Origin: an uncultured Gammaproteobacteria bacterium
GTDB lineage: Bacteria; Patescibacteriota; Patescibacteriia; JAHIZJ01
Assembly (NCBI GenBank): GCA_964371245.1
Contig: CAYJKP010000002.1
Span: forward strand, 46,239-100,959
Reading direction: 5' to 3'
Length of the DNA stretch: 54,721 nt
Part shown: positions 27,882-36,723 of the stretch, piece by piece
How positions within the stretch are numbered: the stretch's first letter is position 1
How the letters are laid out: the number at the start of each line of letters is the position of its first letter
Program-made: the position numbers and the translations under genes
The notes under the pieces: generated by a model
Told to the model about the DNA's origin: nothing
The model's database searches: none
The model's input: only the letters and a program-made list of their open reading frames with translations

Positions 27882-28013
27882 TGACCGTCTCGTTACTACC
27901 AACAAGCGCAAGATCGGTCCGAAAAATCGGATAATCTATGCCTTGTGGCTACTGTCGCGAATAGGAGGGGTAATCGCAATGTTCGCCGCTTGCTGGTAGT
28001 AATGAAAAGGCCA
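27882..28013. repeat. Structured direct repeat, copy 2 (132 bp)
   Basis: Carries the extra ataggagggg (27961-27970); minus-strand promoter TTGACA-16-TAAGAT with TGn (28043-28070); terminator at 27851-27875. Confidence 0.92.
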
Positions 28014-28077
28014 TTTCCCGCGAAATATTCAACAGATAGACCATCTTAGCACAGAACGAAGACTTGTCAAGCCGGTC

Positions 28078-28106
28078 TTGATGACATTGTGATAATGTGC
28101 TAAAAT
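28078..28106 (+). promoter_or_regulatory. Sigma70-type promoter for mfd, back-to-back with the minus-strand promoter
   Basis: TTGATG-17-TAAAAT with TGn extension; ATG 10 nt downstream. Confidence 0.6.
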
Positions 28107-28116
28107 TATAGTAGAA

Positions 28117-31100
28117 ATGAATATTCCGCACCCCCTGAGACGCGATGCCCAGGGTATTTGCCATATTTCTGGCGTGCCATCGCTCTCAGCCAAGACATTT
28201 CTCCTGACCAACCGAGATACCCCGTTTCAGATGAACGAGCGGGTTTTGTGGTTGACGCAGACCGCGGCTGAGGCCGAACAAGTCGCTTATTTTTTGAAGA
28301 TTTGGCAGGAAAAAACGAAGCGCGCTCAGCCGGTTTTACTGTTCCATGATCACCAGCTCTCAGCCTGCCTCTGGTGGTTTTTAACAGCCCAACCTGGCTG
28401 GCTTATCATCCCGGTCGAGGCGTTTCTTGGCACGGTCCCGACGCCCGACGACTATGCCAAAAAAATACGACACCTCAGCGTGACGGAACAGCTCTCGCCG
28501 GCCAAACTTTCATACGAGCTGGTTGTCCGAGGCTATGAGTTCAACACCACTGCTGACGCGATCGGCACGTTTGCCCGCCGCGGCAATATCGTGGATATTT
28601 TTCCACCCAATTCAGCGCACCCGTTTCGGTGCGAATTTGGACCAGCTGCCATTGATCAGCTTACCCGTTTTGACAGCGTCACCGGCCGCAATCTAGAAAA
28701 GTTGGCTGAGCTTGAACTCTTACCCGCCCGTCTTGAACTCGCGGACGCACAAGGCTCTCTTTTTGACTATCTCGCGCCCGCGGCCAAGACGCCTTTTCGT
28801 GTCGTCTATTCAGACCCTGACGAATTGGAAAAAGCCAGTCCTGACTGGTCAAAAATTGGGCAGTGGGTTGCCCAATCTCCGCAATACGTTTTTCATGCGC
28901 TTCCAACCGGCCAGGCTGAGAATACGTTCGATTTCAAACCCACCCCGCTTTTCCACGGACGGCTGACGGAATTTCTCGCGGCACTCTCGGATTGGCAGCG
29001 AAATAAGTATTCTATTTATATTCCGGCAACTCTGAAAGACGGGCTTGAGCGTCTCTGGCAAAAGGAAAAACCGGACGCCACGCCGCTTTCGCTGACCGAG
29101 CTTGATCTCGATCCGACGATTCGTCCGGAGTCGGGTTTCGTTTCCCGCGAGCGCCGGAGCGTCCTGCTGACGGAATTTGAGCTGTTTGGCGCGGCGCGCA
29201 GGGAAACAGATTCATCCGCCCGTCCGAAAAAAATCAGCCGGAAAACACGCCGCGAGATTATTAGTTTCATTGCCGAGCTCGAGCCGGGCGATTATGTTGT
29301 CCACCTCGACCATGGCGTCGGCCGGTTCCGCGGCATGACTACGCACGTCGTCGACGGCATCGCGAGAGAATATCTCGAACTGGAATACGCCGAACGAGAC
29401 AAACTCTCCGTGCCCGTTGAATTGGCGTATAAAATCGATAAATACGTCGGCTCGGAGCGCCCGGCTGTCCACCGCTTGTCAAACACCACCTGGCGTCAGG
29501 TCACGCAAAAAATCAAAGAAGAGGCGAAACAAATCGCCGACGAATTGATCAAGCTCTATGCGAATCGACGGCTTGCGGTCGTCGAACCGTGCGAGCCGGC
29601 CACGCCGGCCGAAATCGAGCTGGCAAAATCATTCCCCTATCAGGAAACTGCCGACCAGGCCAAAGCCATCCACGATGTCGTCAGCGATCTTGAAAAAACA
29701 GAGCCGATGGACCGTTTGATCTGCGGCGATGTCGGCTTCGGCAAAACCGAAATCGCGATCCGCGCCGCCCTGAAAATGGCAATGAACAAAAAACAAGTCG
29801 CCATCTTGGCACCGACTACCATCTTGGTCCAGCAGCACTACGATACCTTCCATAGCCGGCTATCTCGCTTTCCGGTGAAAATCGAGGCGCTCAGCCGATT
29901 TAAGACGACGGCGCAGCAAAAAGAAGCGGTGGCAAAATTAAAAACCGGCGAGGTTGACATCATCATCGGCACGCACCGGCTGCTCTCGGCCGATGTCCAT
30001 TTCAAAAATCTCGGTTTGATTATCATCGACGAAGAACAGCGCTTTGGCGTCAAGCACAAGGAAAAACTGAAAGCCCTACGGGTCGACAGCCACGTCCTAA
30101 CCCTCACCGCCACGCCAATCCCGCGCACGTTGAATCTCGGCCTCTCAACCCTCCGTGACATGAGCGTCATCCGAACCGCGCCCGAAGGCCGCCAGCCGAT
30201 CGAAACAATTATCCGTCCGCACGCCGATGAGATTATTAAAGAAGCGGTCGATTTCGAGCTGCAGCGCGGCGGGCAGGTTTATTTCCTTTACAATAAAGTT
30301 GAAACGATCAACCTCAAAGCGAACCAGCTCCAGCGCCTGATTCCGAATGCGACCATCGGCGTGGTTCACGGCCAGCTCCCCGACGCCCAGCTCGCCCAAA
30401 CGATGTCCGATTTCGATAACCAAAAACTGAACATCCTCGTCTCAACGACGATCATCGAAAACGGTCTCGACCTGCCAAATGTGAATACCTTGATCGTCGA
30501 GGACGCGACCCGGTTTGGCCTGGCTCAGCTCTACCAGTTGCGCGGCCGGATCGGCCGCGGCCACCGCCAGGCGTTCGCCTATTTTCTCTATCCCCAGAAA
30601 AAGCTGACCGGCGTCGCGAAAAAACGGCTTCAGGCGATTCTCGACGCCAAGGAGCTCGGCTCCGGTTTCCAGTTGGCGCTGCGCGATTTGGAAATCCGCG
30701 GCGTCGGCAATCTCCTCGGCCGGGAGCAGCATGGCCGGGTCAATGCGATCGGGCTGAGCTTGTATTCGCGCCTCCTGAGTCAGGCGGTTGAAGAGCTCCG
30801 TTCCGGCAAGCCAGCCAAAGAGTTGCGCGATATTTCTATTGACCTGCCATTGCCGATCACCATCCCGCCTGATTATATTGAACAAGAAAACCGCCGGCTT
30901 CAGGTCTATCGCGACCTGTCCGACAGCGTCGACGCGGATGAGCTCGACGAGCGGTTTGTTAAACTGACGCAATCATACGGCCCGCCGCCGCCGAATGTCG
31001 AAAACCTTCGCCGTTTATTGGCGCTCAAACTCGCCTGCCAAGACACCGACGTCGCCACGATTGATACGATTGATTTAGCGCTGGAGCAAGGTGTGACAAA

Positions 31101-31281
31101 ACGCCGGCTGATCATTGAATTTAAAAATCTCTATACCCCCGACCAGATCAAGAATTTACTGGCCAAAAATCCCGATTGGGTGCTCGGTGAAAACCAGATC
31201 CGGATTGATTTTGACAAACTCGGCCAGGACTGGCTCGCCGAAATCGAACGAGTTATTCGGTGTTTCGTTAATAATGTTTGA
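28117..31281 (+). CDS. mfd: Transcription-repair coupling factor
   Basis: GTFARRGNIVDIFP, GDYVVHLDHGVGRF (CarD-like RID), CGDVGFGKTE, IIDEEQRFG, GLAQLYQLRGRIGR, DLEIRGVGNLLG. Confidence 0.97.
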   Translation: MNIPHPLRRDAQGICHISGVPSLSAKTFLLTNRDTPFQMNERVLWLTQTAAEAEQVAYFLKIWQEKTKRAQPVLLFHDHQLSACLWWFLTAQPGWLIIPVEAFLGTVPTPDDYAKKIRHLSVTEQLSPAKLSYELVVRGYEFNTTADAIGTFARRGNIVDIFPPNSAHPFRCEFGPAAIDQLTRFDSVTGRNLEKLAELELLPARLELADAQGSLFDYLAPAAKTPFRVVYSDPDELEKASPDWSKIGQWVAQSPQYVFHALPTGQAENTFDFKPTPLFHGRLTEFLAALSDWQRNKYSIYIPATLKDGLERLWQKEKPDATPLSLTELDLDPTIRPESGFVSRERRSVLLTEFELFGAARRETDSSARPKKISRKTRREIISFIAELEPGDYVVHLDHGVGRFRGMTTHVVDGIAREYLELEYAERDKLSVPVELAYKIDKYVGSERPAVHRLSNTTWRQVTQKIKEEAKQIADELIKLYANRRLAVVEPCEPATPAEIELAKSFPYQETADQAKAIHDVVSDLEKTEPMDRLICGDVGFGKTEIAIRAALKMAMNKKQVAILAPTTILVQQHYDTFHSRLSRFPVKIEALSRFKTTAQQKEAVAKLKTGEVDIIIGTHRLLSADVHFKNLGLIIIDEEQRFGVKHKEKLKALRVDSHVLTLTATPIPRTLNLGLSTLRDMSVIRTAPEGRQPIETIIRPHADEIIKEAVDFELQRGGQVYFLYNKVETINLKANQLQRLIPNATIGVVHGQLPDAQLAQTMSDFDNQKLNILVSTTIIENGLDLPNVNTLIVEDATRFGLAQLYQLRGRIGRGHRQAFAYFLYPQKKLTGVAKKRLQAILDAKELGSGFQLALRDLEIRGVGNLLGREQHGRVNAIGLSLYSRLLSQAVEELRSGKPAKELRDISIDLPLPITIPPDYIEQENRRLQVYRDLSDSVDADELDERFVKLTQSYGPPPPNVENLRRLLALKLACQDTDVATIDTIDLALEQGVTKRRLIIEFKNLYTPDQIKNLLAKNPDWVLGENQIRIDFDKLGQDWLAEIERVIRCFVNNV

Positions 31282-31293
31282 TTCAATATAAAT

Positions 31294-31365
31294 GTATCTC
31301 TCGACTTCGCTCGAGAAATATTTCTCGACCAACCCAGCACCTTGATGCGGGGCGTGGAGAGATAC
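31294..31365. repeat. Palindromic REP/MITE-like element, copy 1 (72 bp)
   Basis: GTATCTCTCGACTTCGCTCGAGAAATATTTCTCGACC...GGAGAGATAC; terminal inverted repeat GTATCTCTC/GAGAGATAC. Confidence 0.85.
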
Positions 31366-31437
31366 CTTTTTTAAAGAAAAAACGCCCCACGCCTTCGCGC
31401 AGGGCAAGCAGAGTTTGTGCGCGCAGCCCCCTTCGGG

Positions 31438-31998
31438 CTACGGTTTCTTGATACAGGCGAAGCAGGCGTTCTCGACCCAGATGTTGTCCTCCAGACAGGT
31501 GTTGACGGAACGTTCCGTTGAGCTGCCCCGGAGAAAGACGATCTGGTTCGGCGCGTCCTGCCGCTCGACCTCCTTGTTCGATTCTCGATCCTTGTAGAGC
31601 GATCTCTGCACCCAGACGGTGCCGAGGCAAGCGATGTGGTAGTGGCGCTGAACCTCCGGATAAGCGGCGCCGAAAGCCAGCAGCTGGGGCAGCGTGACGG
31701 GAAGGAGCCCATCCTTGTCCAGCCGCTTTTTCAGTTCAGCGGTCTTCATCGGCCGGCTGTACTGCTTCAGGACGATCTCGAACGTCCCCGCGGTCAGCGT
31801 CGGCTTGAAGTTCTCGCTGGAAACGTCGGGATTCACCTGATCGTAGGCGCCGGCCGCGATCAACTTCTCGACTGTAGCCGATTCGGCCAGCGTCACCGGA
31901 TAGGTCCGCTGGAAGTAGATCGGCTGAGCCTGCGCGGCGATCGCGCTTACGAAGAACAGGGCCAGCAGCAGAGACGGCCAACACCAGAATCGTCTCAT
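31438..31998 (-). CDS. Secreted hypothetical protein with a CPR-type domain of unknown function; start placed at ATG 31998
   Basis: AGGAGGAGG SD; signal peptide ending AIAAQA; AGAYDQVN, LPVTLPQLLAFGAAYPEVQR; promoter TTGACT-16-TACACT (32063-32090); terminator at about 31374-31410. Confidence 0.78.
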   Translation of the reverse strand: MRRFWCWPSLLLALFFVSAIAAQAQPIYFQRTYPVTLAESATVEKLIAAGAYDQVNPDVSSENFKPTLTAGTFEIVLKQYSRPMKTAELKKRLDKDGLLPVTLPQLLAFGAAYPEVQRHYHIACLGTVWVQRSLYKDRESNKEVERQDAPNQIVFLRGSSTERSVNTCLEDNIWVENACFACIKKP

Positions 31999-32384
31999 CA
32001 GAACCTCCTCCTTGGACACGGCGTGATTGGCACCTGCCAAATTACCCCGCAGCCATAGGCCGAGTGTACTGAAACTACACAAAAAGTCAAGGTCTACCCT
32101 CTTGTTGTCTTTCTTTTGTTGAGATAATGAGCGTTTTTATTTCTTCGTTGCTCATAAGAAATCTTTCGAGTCCGTTTTCAGCTCTCCTTCAGACAAATAA
32201 TTTATTATGTGTTTAGTAGAGAAAAATGTCGATCATATCTGTGCGTAAAAATATGACGACATCATGCAACATGACAAATTTGCCTGAGATGCCATCAAAA
32301 TAACAATTGACCCGGTGCTGAGGTCGCACCCCCGCCTCCAACCGGGAAGAATACTAACAATTAAGACTGGCAAGGAGACTGAAT

Positions 32385-32435
32385 ATGGTCAATAAAGCGA
32401 GCCTAAGCACCTTCATTCTTCTTCTGTCAGGTTAG
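32385..32435 (+). CDS. Possible 16-aa peptide MVNKASLSTFILLLSG
   Basis: AAGGAG 8 nt upstream of the ATG; followed by a strong terminator. Confidence 0.35.
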   Translation: MVNKASLSTFILLLSG

Positions 32436-32474
32436 AGTTCTCAAGGCATTCCAGCCTAACAATTAATGCGAACG

Positions 32475-32512
32475 AAAAGGACCCCGTTTCCACTTCACGG
32501 GGTCCTTTTTTT
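32475..32512. terminator. Bidirectional intrinsic terminator
   Basis: AAAAGGACCCCGT-TTCCACTTC-ACGGGGTCCTTTTTTT. Confidence 0.85.
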
Positions 32513-32535
32513 ATCGATTGCGGCAAATATCTCGC

Positions 32536-32652
32536 TTAGACCTTTTTCTTGGCCGCCTTTGAAAGGAGATAAATAAAGCCGCCGAGCAGTAACAGAAACG
32601 CCCCAGTGCCGATTGGCGAGCCCCAGCCGAGAACGGAATAGATGTCGCTCAT
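32536..32652 (-). CDS. 38-aa single-pass membrane protein (below the ORF-track cutoff)
   Basis: MSDIYSVLGWGSPIGTGAFLLLLGGFIYLLSKAAKKKV: GWGSPIG motif, hydrophobic core and basic tail; co-oriented with its neighbours. Confidence 0.7.
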   Translation of the reverse strand: MSDIYSVLGWGSPIGTGAFLLLLGGFIYLLSKAAKKKV

Positions 32653-32687
32653 AGTATTAGAGTAAATTATTGTTGAGGTTACCTGGC

Positions 32688-33005
32688 TCAAAGATAATAG
32701 ATCAGGACGCCGATCAGCGTTGTTGTCCCATTGGCAATAAATGAGTAAACCGCCGCTCTTTTCGCGCTGATCCGGAATAGCTGCATCAGCAGAACCGCTT
32801 CTATGAGGCAGACCGCGATTTCAACAACCGCGAGATTGTGAACGAGGTTCCGATAACTATATGTTGCCAGCGGCTGCGTGAAACAATTTATGAGCAGGCC
32901 ATAGAGCGCAATCTCCCGCCAGCGCCGTGGCCGCATCAAGAGGACCAGAATGATTGTTTCAATAACAACGGTAAGGCCTAACGAAAAGTATACTGAATCG
33001 GTCAT
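32688..33005 (-). CDS. Hypothetical membrane protein (105 aa)
   Basis: Three to four hydrophobic segments; 5 bp downstream of 33011-33685. Confidence 0.75.
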   Translation of the reverse strand: MTDSVYFSLGLTVVIETIILVLLMRPRRWREIALYGLLINCFTQPLATYSYRNLVHNLAVVEIAVCLIEAVLLMQLFRISAKRAAVYSFIANGTTTLIGVLIYYL

Positions 33006-33010
33006 CCGTC

Positions 33011-33685
33011 CTATTTCTTCCTCAGCAGGAGGATGAGCGCAATCAAAACTCCTCCGCCGGCCGGGATGAGAATATAGTAGATCGTGTTGTTGTCTTGTTT
33101 TTCAGGCTCGGTGGTGCTTAATTTGCCAGCGTTGCCTCCATTGTTGGTATTGGCCGGAACGATCGTATTTGTGTTCGCGTTTGTAATGACGCCGGTTGGA
33201 TCGATGATCTCGGATCGAGTAGTACCGTCGGCATTCGTAAGCACAGTCTGCGTTTTTTCGAGCGTAACTGTACTGCCGGCCAGATTAGTGATCGCATAGA
33301 TCGCTTTGACGCTGGCCAGCGGGTTGCTTTCATGAACGGTCTGGCTCTCCATCGGTATCGAAATATTCGAGGATATGAGACCGGTTTGAGTAGCAATGTA
33401 ATTCGCCGGATTCGCGGTAAACGCAGTCAGGTCGAACGATGTGTTTTTTATCGCCATAATCCTGACGGTGGCAAATTTGTAAAAACTGGCGCATTCACCC
33501 GCGGCGATTACCCTCGGTTCGCCGGACAAGCTCGGTACGCCAATAAACGTATATTCGCTGTACCGGTTGGTACCCGAGAGTTCAAAACAAAAACCGACAT
33601 ATTTTTGCCCAGGCTCGATGACGTCGGCCGAAGCCATAAGGGGCAGGACAATGAGCGCGAGAATAATAATGAATTTTTTTAGCAT
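33011..33685 (-). CDS. Secreted, C-terminally membrane-anchored protein (224 aa)
   Basis: Signal peptide ending ASA-DVIEPG; T/N-rich linker; C-terminal TM helix and RKK. Confidence 0.8.
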   Translation of the reverse strand: MLKKFIIILALIVLPLMASADVIEPGQKYVGFCFELSGTNRYSEYTFIGVPSLSGEPRVIAAGECASFYKFATVRIMAIKNTSFDLTAFTANPANYIATQTGLISSNISIPMESQTVHESNPLASVKAIYAITNLAGSTVTLEKTQTVLTNADGTTRSEIIDPTGVITNANTNTIVPANTNNGGNAGKLSTTEPEKQDNNTIYYILIPAGGGVLIALILLLRKK

Positions 33686-33736
33686 TTTTTTCTCCTAATA
33701 ATAAAACGTTGGCTATTATGATTTTCAACCTGACGG

Positions 33737-33937
33737 TTACAGGCCCAAACCCGTGAAGTTGAACGTTTTTAAATACGTCGGGATGAGAAACATCAGGATG
33801 ATCAGCGGAATGATAAAAAGAAGGACACTGCCAATGACCGACCAGAGGATATATTTCCGTGTTTTTTCAGTTGATTTAATAATTTCGGCCAGCAAACGGT
33901 CGTGTTCCTCAAGTTTTTTTTGAATGTCTGGGTCCAT
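33737..33937 (-). CDS. Small CPR-type membrane protein (66 aa)
   Basis: MDPDIQKKLEEHDRLLAEIIKSTEKTRKYILW followed by a TM helix. Confidence 0.75.
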   Translation of the reverse strand: MDPDIQKKLEEHDRLLAEIIKSTEKTRKYILWSVIGSVLLFIIPLIILMFLIPTYLKTFNFTGLGL

Positions 33938-34036
33938 AATATTTTTTCTGAGGCGTCAATTCTCGTCCTAACTAAAGGATAGTACTTATCGGAGCGCTTG
34001 TGAAGCGGGAACGATCCGGTGCCCGCCCCGAGTACA

Positions 34037-34453
34037 TTAACCGCCGTGCAAATGATACGACTCCCCGATCCAGCCGATCAGTTCGCGATTGATTTCTTCC
34101 TTTTCTTTAATGTCAAAATAATACAGATAGCGGTTAGCCGACATCCGCAACTTCTTAAAATGACGCCGGCTTTTGATCGGATGGTCGACCCGGAAGTCAA
34201 GCCGGATGCCGTCCTTCATGGCCCAGACCCCGCCAAAGGTATAGCTGCTGACAAAATGGATACAGCAGGGTAAAGACTCAACTTTGACCGGACCAATGCT
34301 GGCTATGATCCGTTTCTTTAAATGCTGAAAAAGTTCTTTCGCGAACGGTTTGTTTTCGAAATGCTTGGCCAGCGGGTAGACGACGCAGGAATGCTGCTGG
34401 TTCTTTTTGGCAAACTCGCGTTTGCATTTGGGGCATTGCCAGACTTGAGCCAT
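34037..34453 (-). CDS. DUF5655-like protein with an N-terminal zinc ribbon
   Basis: WQCPKCKREF...QQHSC; C-terminal EINRELIGWIGESY. Confidence 0.7.
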   Translation of the reverse strand: MAQVWQCPKCKREFAKKNQQHSCVVYPLAKHFENKPFAKELFQHLKKRIIASIGPVKVESLPCCIHFVSSYTFGGVWAMKDGIRLDFRVDHPIKSRRHFKKLRMSANRYLYYFDIKEKEEINRELIGWIGESYHLHGG

Positions 34454-34513
34454 ACCGGCATTGATATGTTATTAACGAAACGACCGAGCCATTAGTATCT
34501 GTCCTCTTCAGTA

Positions 34514-34939
34514 TTATCGAGGTAGATCTATTGCCCAGGCTTTCGCTCTCTCCAATTCACCATCCTTTAATGGTCCTTCCTTGCCTAACACTAAAAACCG
34601 CATTTTTCCAACCACCGCGCAGCCAGCCTGTTTAAGCTTCTTCGCGATCTGCCCGGCGCCATCGCCCGCGTACCATCGTTTCATCCCAGTATCAAAGGCA
34701 GCGGTTTTCAGACCCGGCACCTTGGCTGACGCGATAACATCAAAAACTTTGTTAAACCCCGGCGCGTATTTCCAGGCGATGGTCGGCGAACCGATGAACG
34801 CGAATTCAACACCACTGAGCATTTCTGCGGTGAATTCGTCGGCGGTCACCAGCCTGGTGTCAGCCCCGCAGCCAGTTGCGATAGCTTCAGCGATTTTTTT
34901 CGTATTGCCATAGGTGGAGGTGTAGACAACGAGGATCAT
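34514..34939 (-). CDS. Flavodoxin-like protein
   Basis: VYTSTYGNTKKIAEAIA, IGSPT, AAFDT, GPLKDGELERAKAWA. Confidence 0.9.
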   Translation of the reverse strand: MILVVYTSTYGNTKKIAEAIATGCGADTRLVTADEFTAEMLSGVEFAFIGSPTIAWKYAPGFNKVFDVIASAKVPGLKTAAFDTGMKRWYAGDGAGQIAKKLKQAGCAVVGKMRFLVLGKEGPLKDGELERAKAWAIDLPR

Positions 34940-34966
34940 CTTTTTTATATTGTTAATTCTTATTTG

Positions 34967-35365
34967 TTACTTGTTATTTGCTTTTTTCTTCAGCGGCGTC
35001 CAGTAGTAGTCGCGCCAGCCCTGCGCCACGCCCTTGGCTTTTGCCGCCGGTACGCCGGTCTGGGTGAATAGCAATTTCGTGCCGCCACCCTTGGCCGGCA
35101 ATAATTTGAGCGTGATCGTGGAAAAGACGCCCTCTGGCCAGTCGTCGCCGCGCCAGGTTTGGACGATTTTTTTATCTTTAACCAGTTCCATATTGACCCC
35201 AGTCGCCCAGCCGCCGAACGCGAAAAACAAGCCTTTTACCTTCCGGCTTATTTCAGCCTCGTCGCCGGTCAACGCAGCATGTTTCTTGCTGTCCAGCCAG
35301 ATTTCGTACAATTCGTGCGGTGACTGCGGGAACATCCCGCCTTGTTTGATCGTTATGGTTTTCAT
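34967..35365 (-). CDS. SRPBCC / Aha1 (AHSA1)-like domain protein
   Basis: SPHELYEIWLDSKKH, ELVKDKKIVQTWRGDDWP, TKLLFTQTGVP, GWRDYYW. Confidence 0.88.
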   Translation of the reverse strand: MKTITIKQGGMFPQSPHELYEIWLDSKKHAALTGDEAEISRKVKGLFFAFGGWATGVNMELVKDKKIVQTWRGDDWPEGVFSTITLKLLPAKGGGTKLLFTQTGVPAAKAKGVAQGWRDYYWTPLKKKANNK

Positions 35366-35470
35366 ATACCCGTGTTTAAATAGATAATGATTTATTTACT
35401 ATCTAAGTATACCACCCTTACCTGGATAAAAAAACACTTGATAAACATATATATATTTCTCTACGTTAAG

Positions 35471-35558
35471 GTATCTCTCGACTTCGCTCGAGAAATATTT
35501 CTTAAGATAATATTTCTCGACCAACCCCGCACCTGGATGCGGGGGCATGGAGAGATAC
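35471..35558. repeat. Palindromic REP/MITE-like element, copy 2 (88 bp)
   Basis: Same element as 31294-31365, with an internal insertion taagataatatttct. Confidence 0.85.
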
Positions 35559-35559
35559 A

Positions 35560-36141
35560 TTATACCAGCCGTATCGCGCGGTGTCTCAACGATCTCCGTA
35601 ATTCCCGGTACAGCGGCATGGTTTCAGCCACGAGCCGCCAGAATTTCGGCGAATGGTTGAACTCGCGCAAATGGCAGAGCTCATGGACAATCACGTAATC
35701 CGCCACTTCCGGCGATATAAATAGAAGTTTGTAATTGAAATTCAAATTCCCCTTTCTCGAACAGCTGCCCCAGCGGGTTTTCTGGTTCTTTATATTGATC
35801 GCCCGATATGACACGCCGTAGTGTGGCTGGAAATGCGCCACCCGATCCTGGACAAATACAAAAGCTCGGTTTCGGTGCTCGGCAAAGTGTTTTGGTTTAT
35901 CCGGAATAAATACCGCCGGCTTGAAACGGTGGAAGTATTCGATCTTTTTGAGAATCCACGCGGCCTTTTGCCGGATGAAATGTTTGGCCTTATGTTCCGG
36001 CAAGCCGTGCGGTAATGTTACGGCAACAGCCCCCTCGCATGACACGGACAAACGCATCCGCCGAGCGCGCCGGCTGACCCGAAGGGTATAGCGGATGTTT
36101 TTCTGATTTAGCTGGATATCTCGTTCCATCGTTAAATTCAT
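35560..36141 (-). CDS. M48/SprT-like (YgjP-type) zinc metallohydrolase
   Basis: KTRWGSCS...LNFN...DYVIVHELCHL...NHSPKFW; TGGTATAAT 6 nt upstream of the ATG. Confidence 0.92.
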   Translation of the reverse strand: MNLTMERDIQLNQKNIRYTLRVSRRARRMRLSVSCEGAVAVTLPHGLPEHKAKHFIRQKAAWILKKIEYFHRFKPAVFIPDKPKHFAEHRNRAFVFVQDRVAHFQPHYGVSYRAINIKNQKTRWGSCSRKGNLNFNYKLLFISPEVADYVIVHELCHLREFNHSPKFWRLVAETMPLYRELRRSLRHRAIRLV

Positions 36142-36285
36142 TTGTCAATTATACCACCGCTAACCATATATAAAAAACGGCTCAGGCGCTCGATCAGAGC
36201 GCCTGGGTTTTATATGCTTATACAATATACATACTTTTTCGAGTCTGTATTTTCTTATGAATATTTTCTATCAATGTTTATGTTG

Positions 36286-36723
36286 TCATATTATCTTTCG
36301 TGGAAAGTCATATTTACCGACTTTTAATGAAAGTTCTCCGTCGGAACCCTTTACTGTGTACATTTTTCTTTTTATTCGGGCAACGCTTATCCATTCCACC
36401 GGTTCGCGATGCTCATCTAATATTTGGCATATTTCATTATAATTTAGAACCACAATACCATCATCATCGCAAACTAACAACAAGTAAACTGAGCCAACCT
36501 CTTGTTTTAATTTTATGATTTCCTCTTGATGTCTAATTCTAAATGTAAAACGCCACGGTGAAAGACGTTTGGTTGAATATTTAATATATATTCCAATTCT
36601 CTCATCTAATATATACGAAGCGTTGTCTGGTGATGGATATGGTTTTATGCAATACTGCTTCTGACTATCATGTAGCAGCTTGGAAAATACAACTCCATGA
36701 TAAAACTCAAATTCATTAATCAT
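36286..36723 (-). CDS. Hypothetical protein (145 aa), possible PD-(D/E)xK-like nuclease
   Basis: YILDERIGIYIKYS-type core; overlaps the stop of the Z1 gene by 8 bp; AT-rich. Confidence 0.6.
   Translation of the reverse strand: MINEFEFYHGVVFSKLLHDSQKQYCIKPYPSPDNASYILDERIGIYIKYSTKRLSPWRFTFRIRHQEEIIKLKQEVGSVYLLLVCDDDGIVVLNYNEICQILDEHREPVEWISVARIKRKMYTVKGSDGELSLKVGKYDFPRKII

Noticed and set aside
26615-28013. Integron attC sites or a CRISPR array
   Set aside because: No RYYYAAC...GTTRRRY arrangement, only two copies, and no integrase or cas genes in the window.
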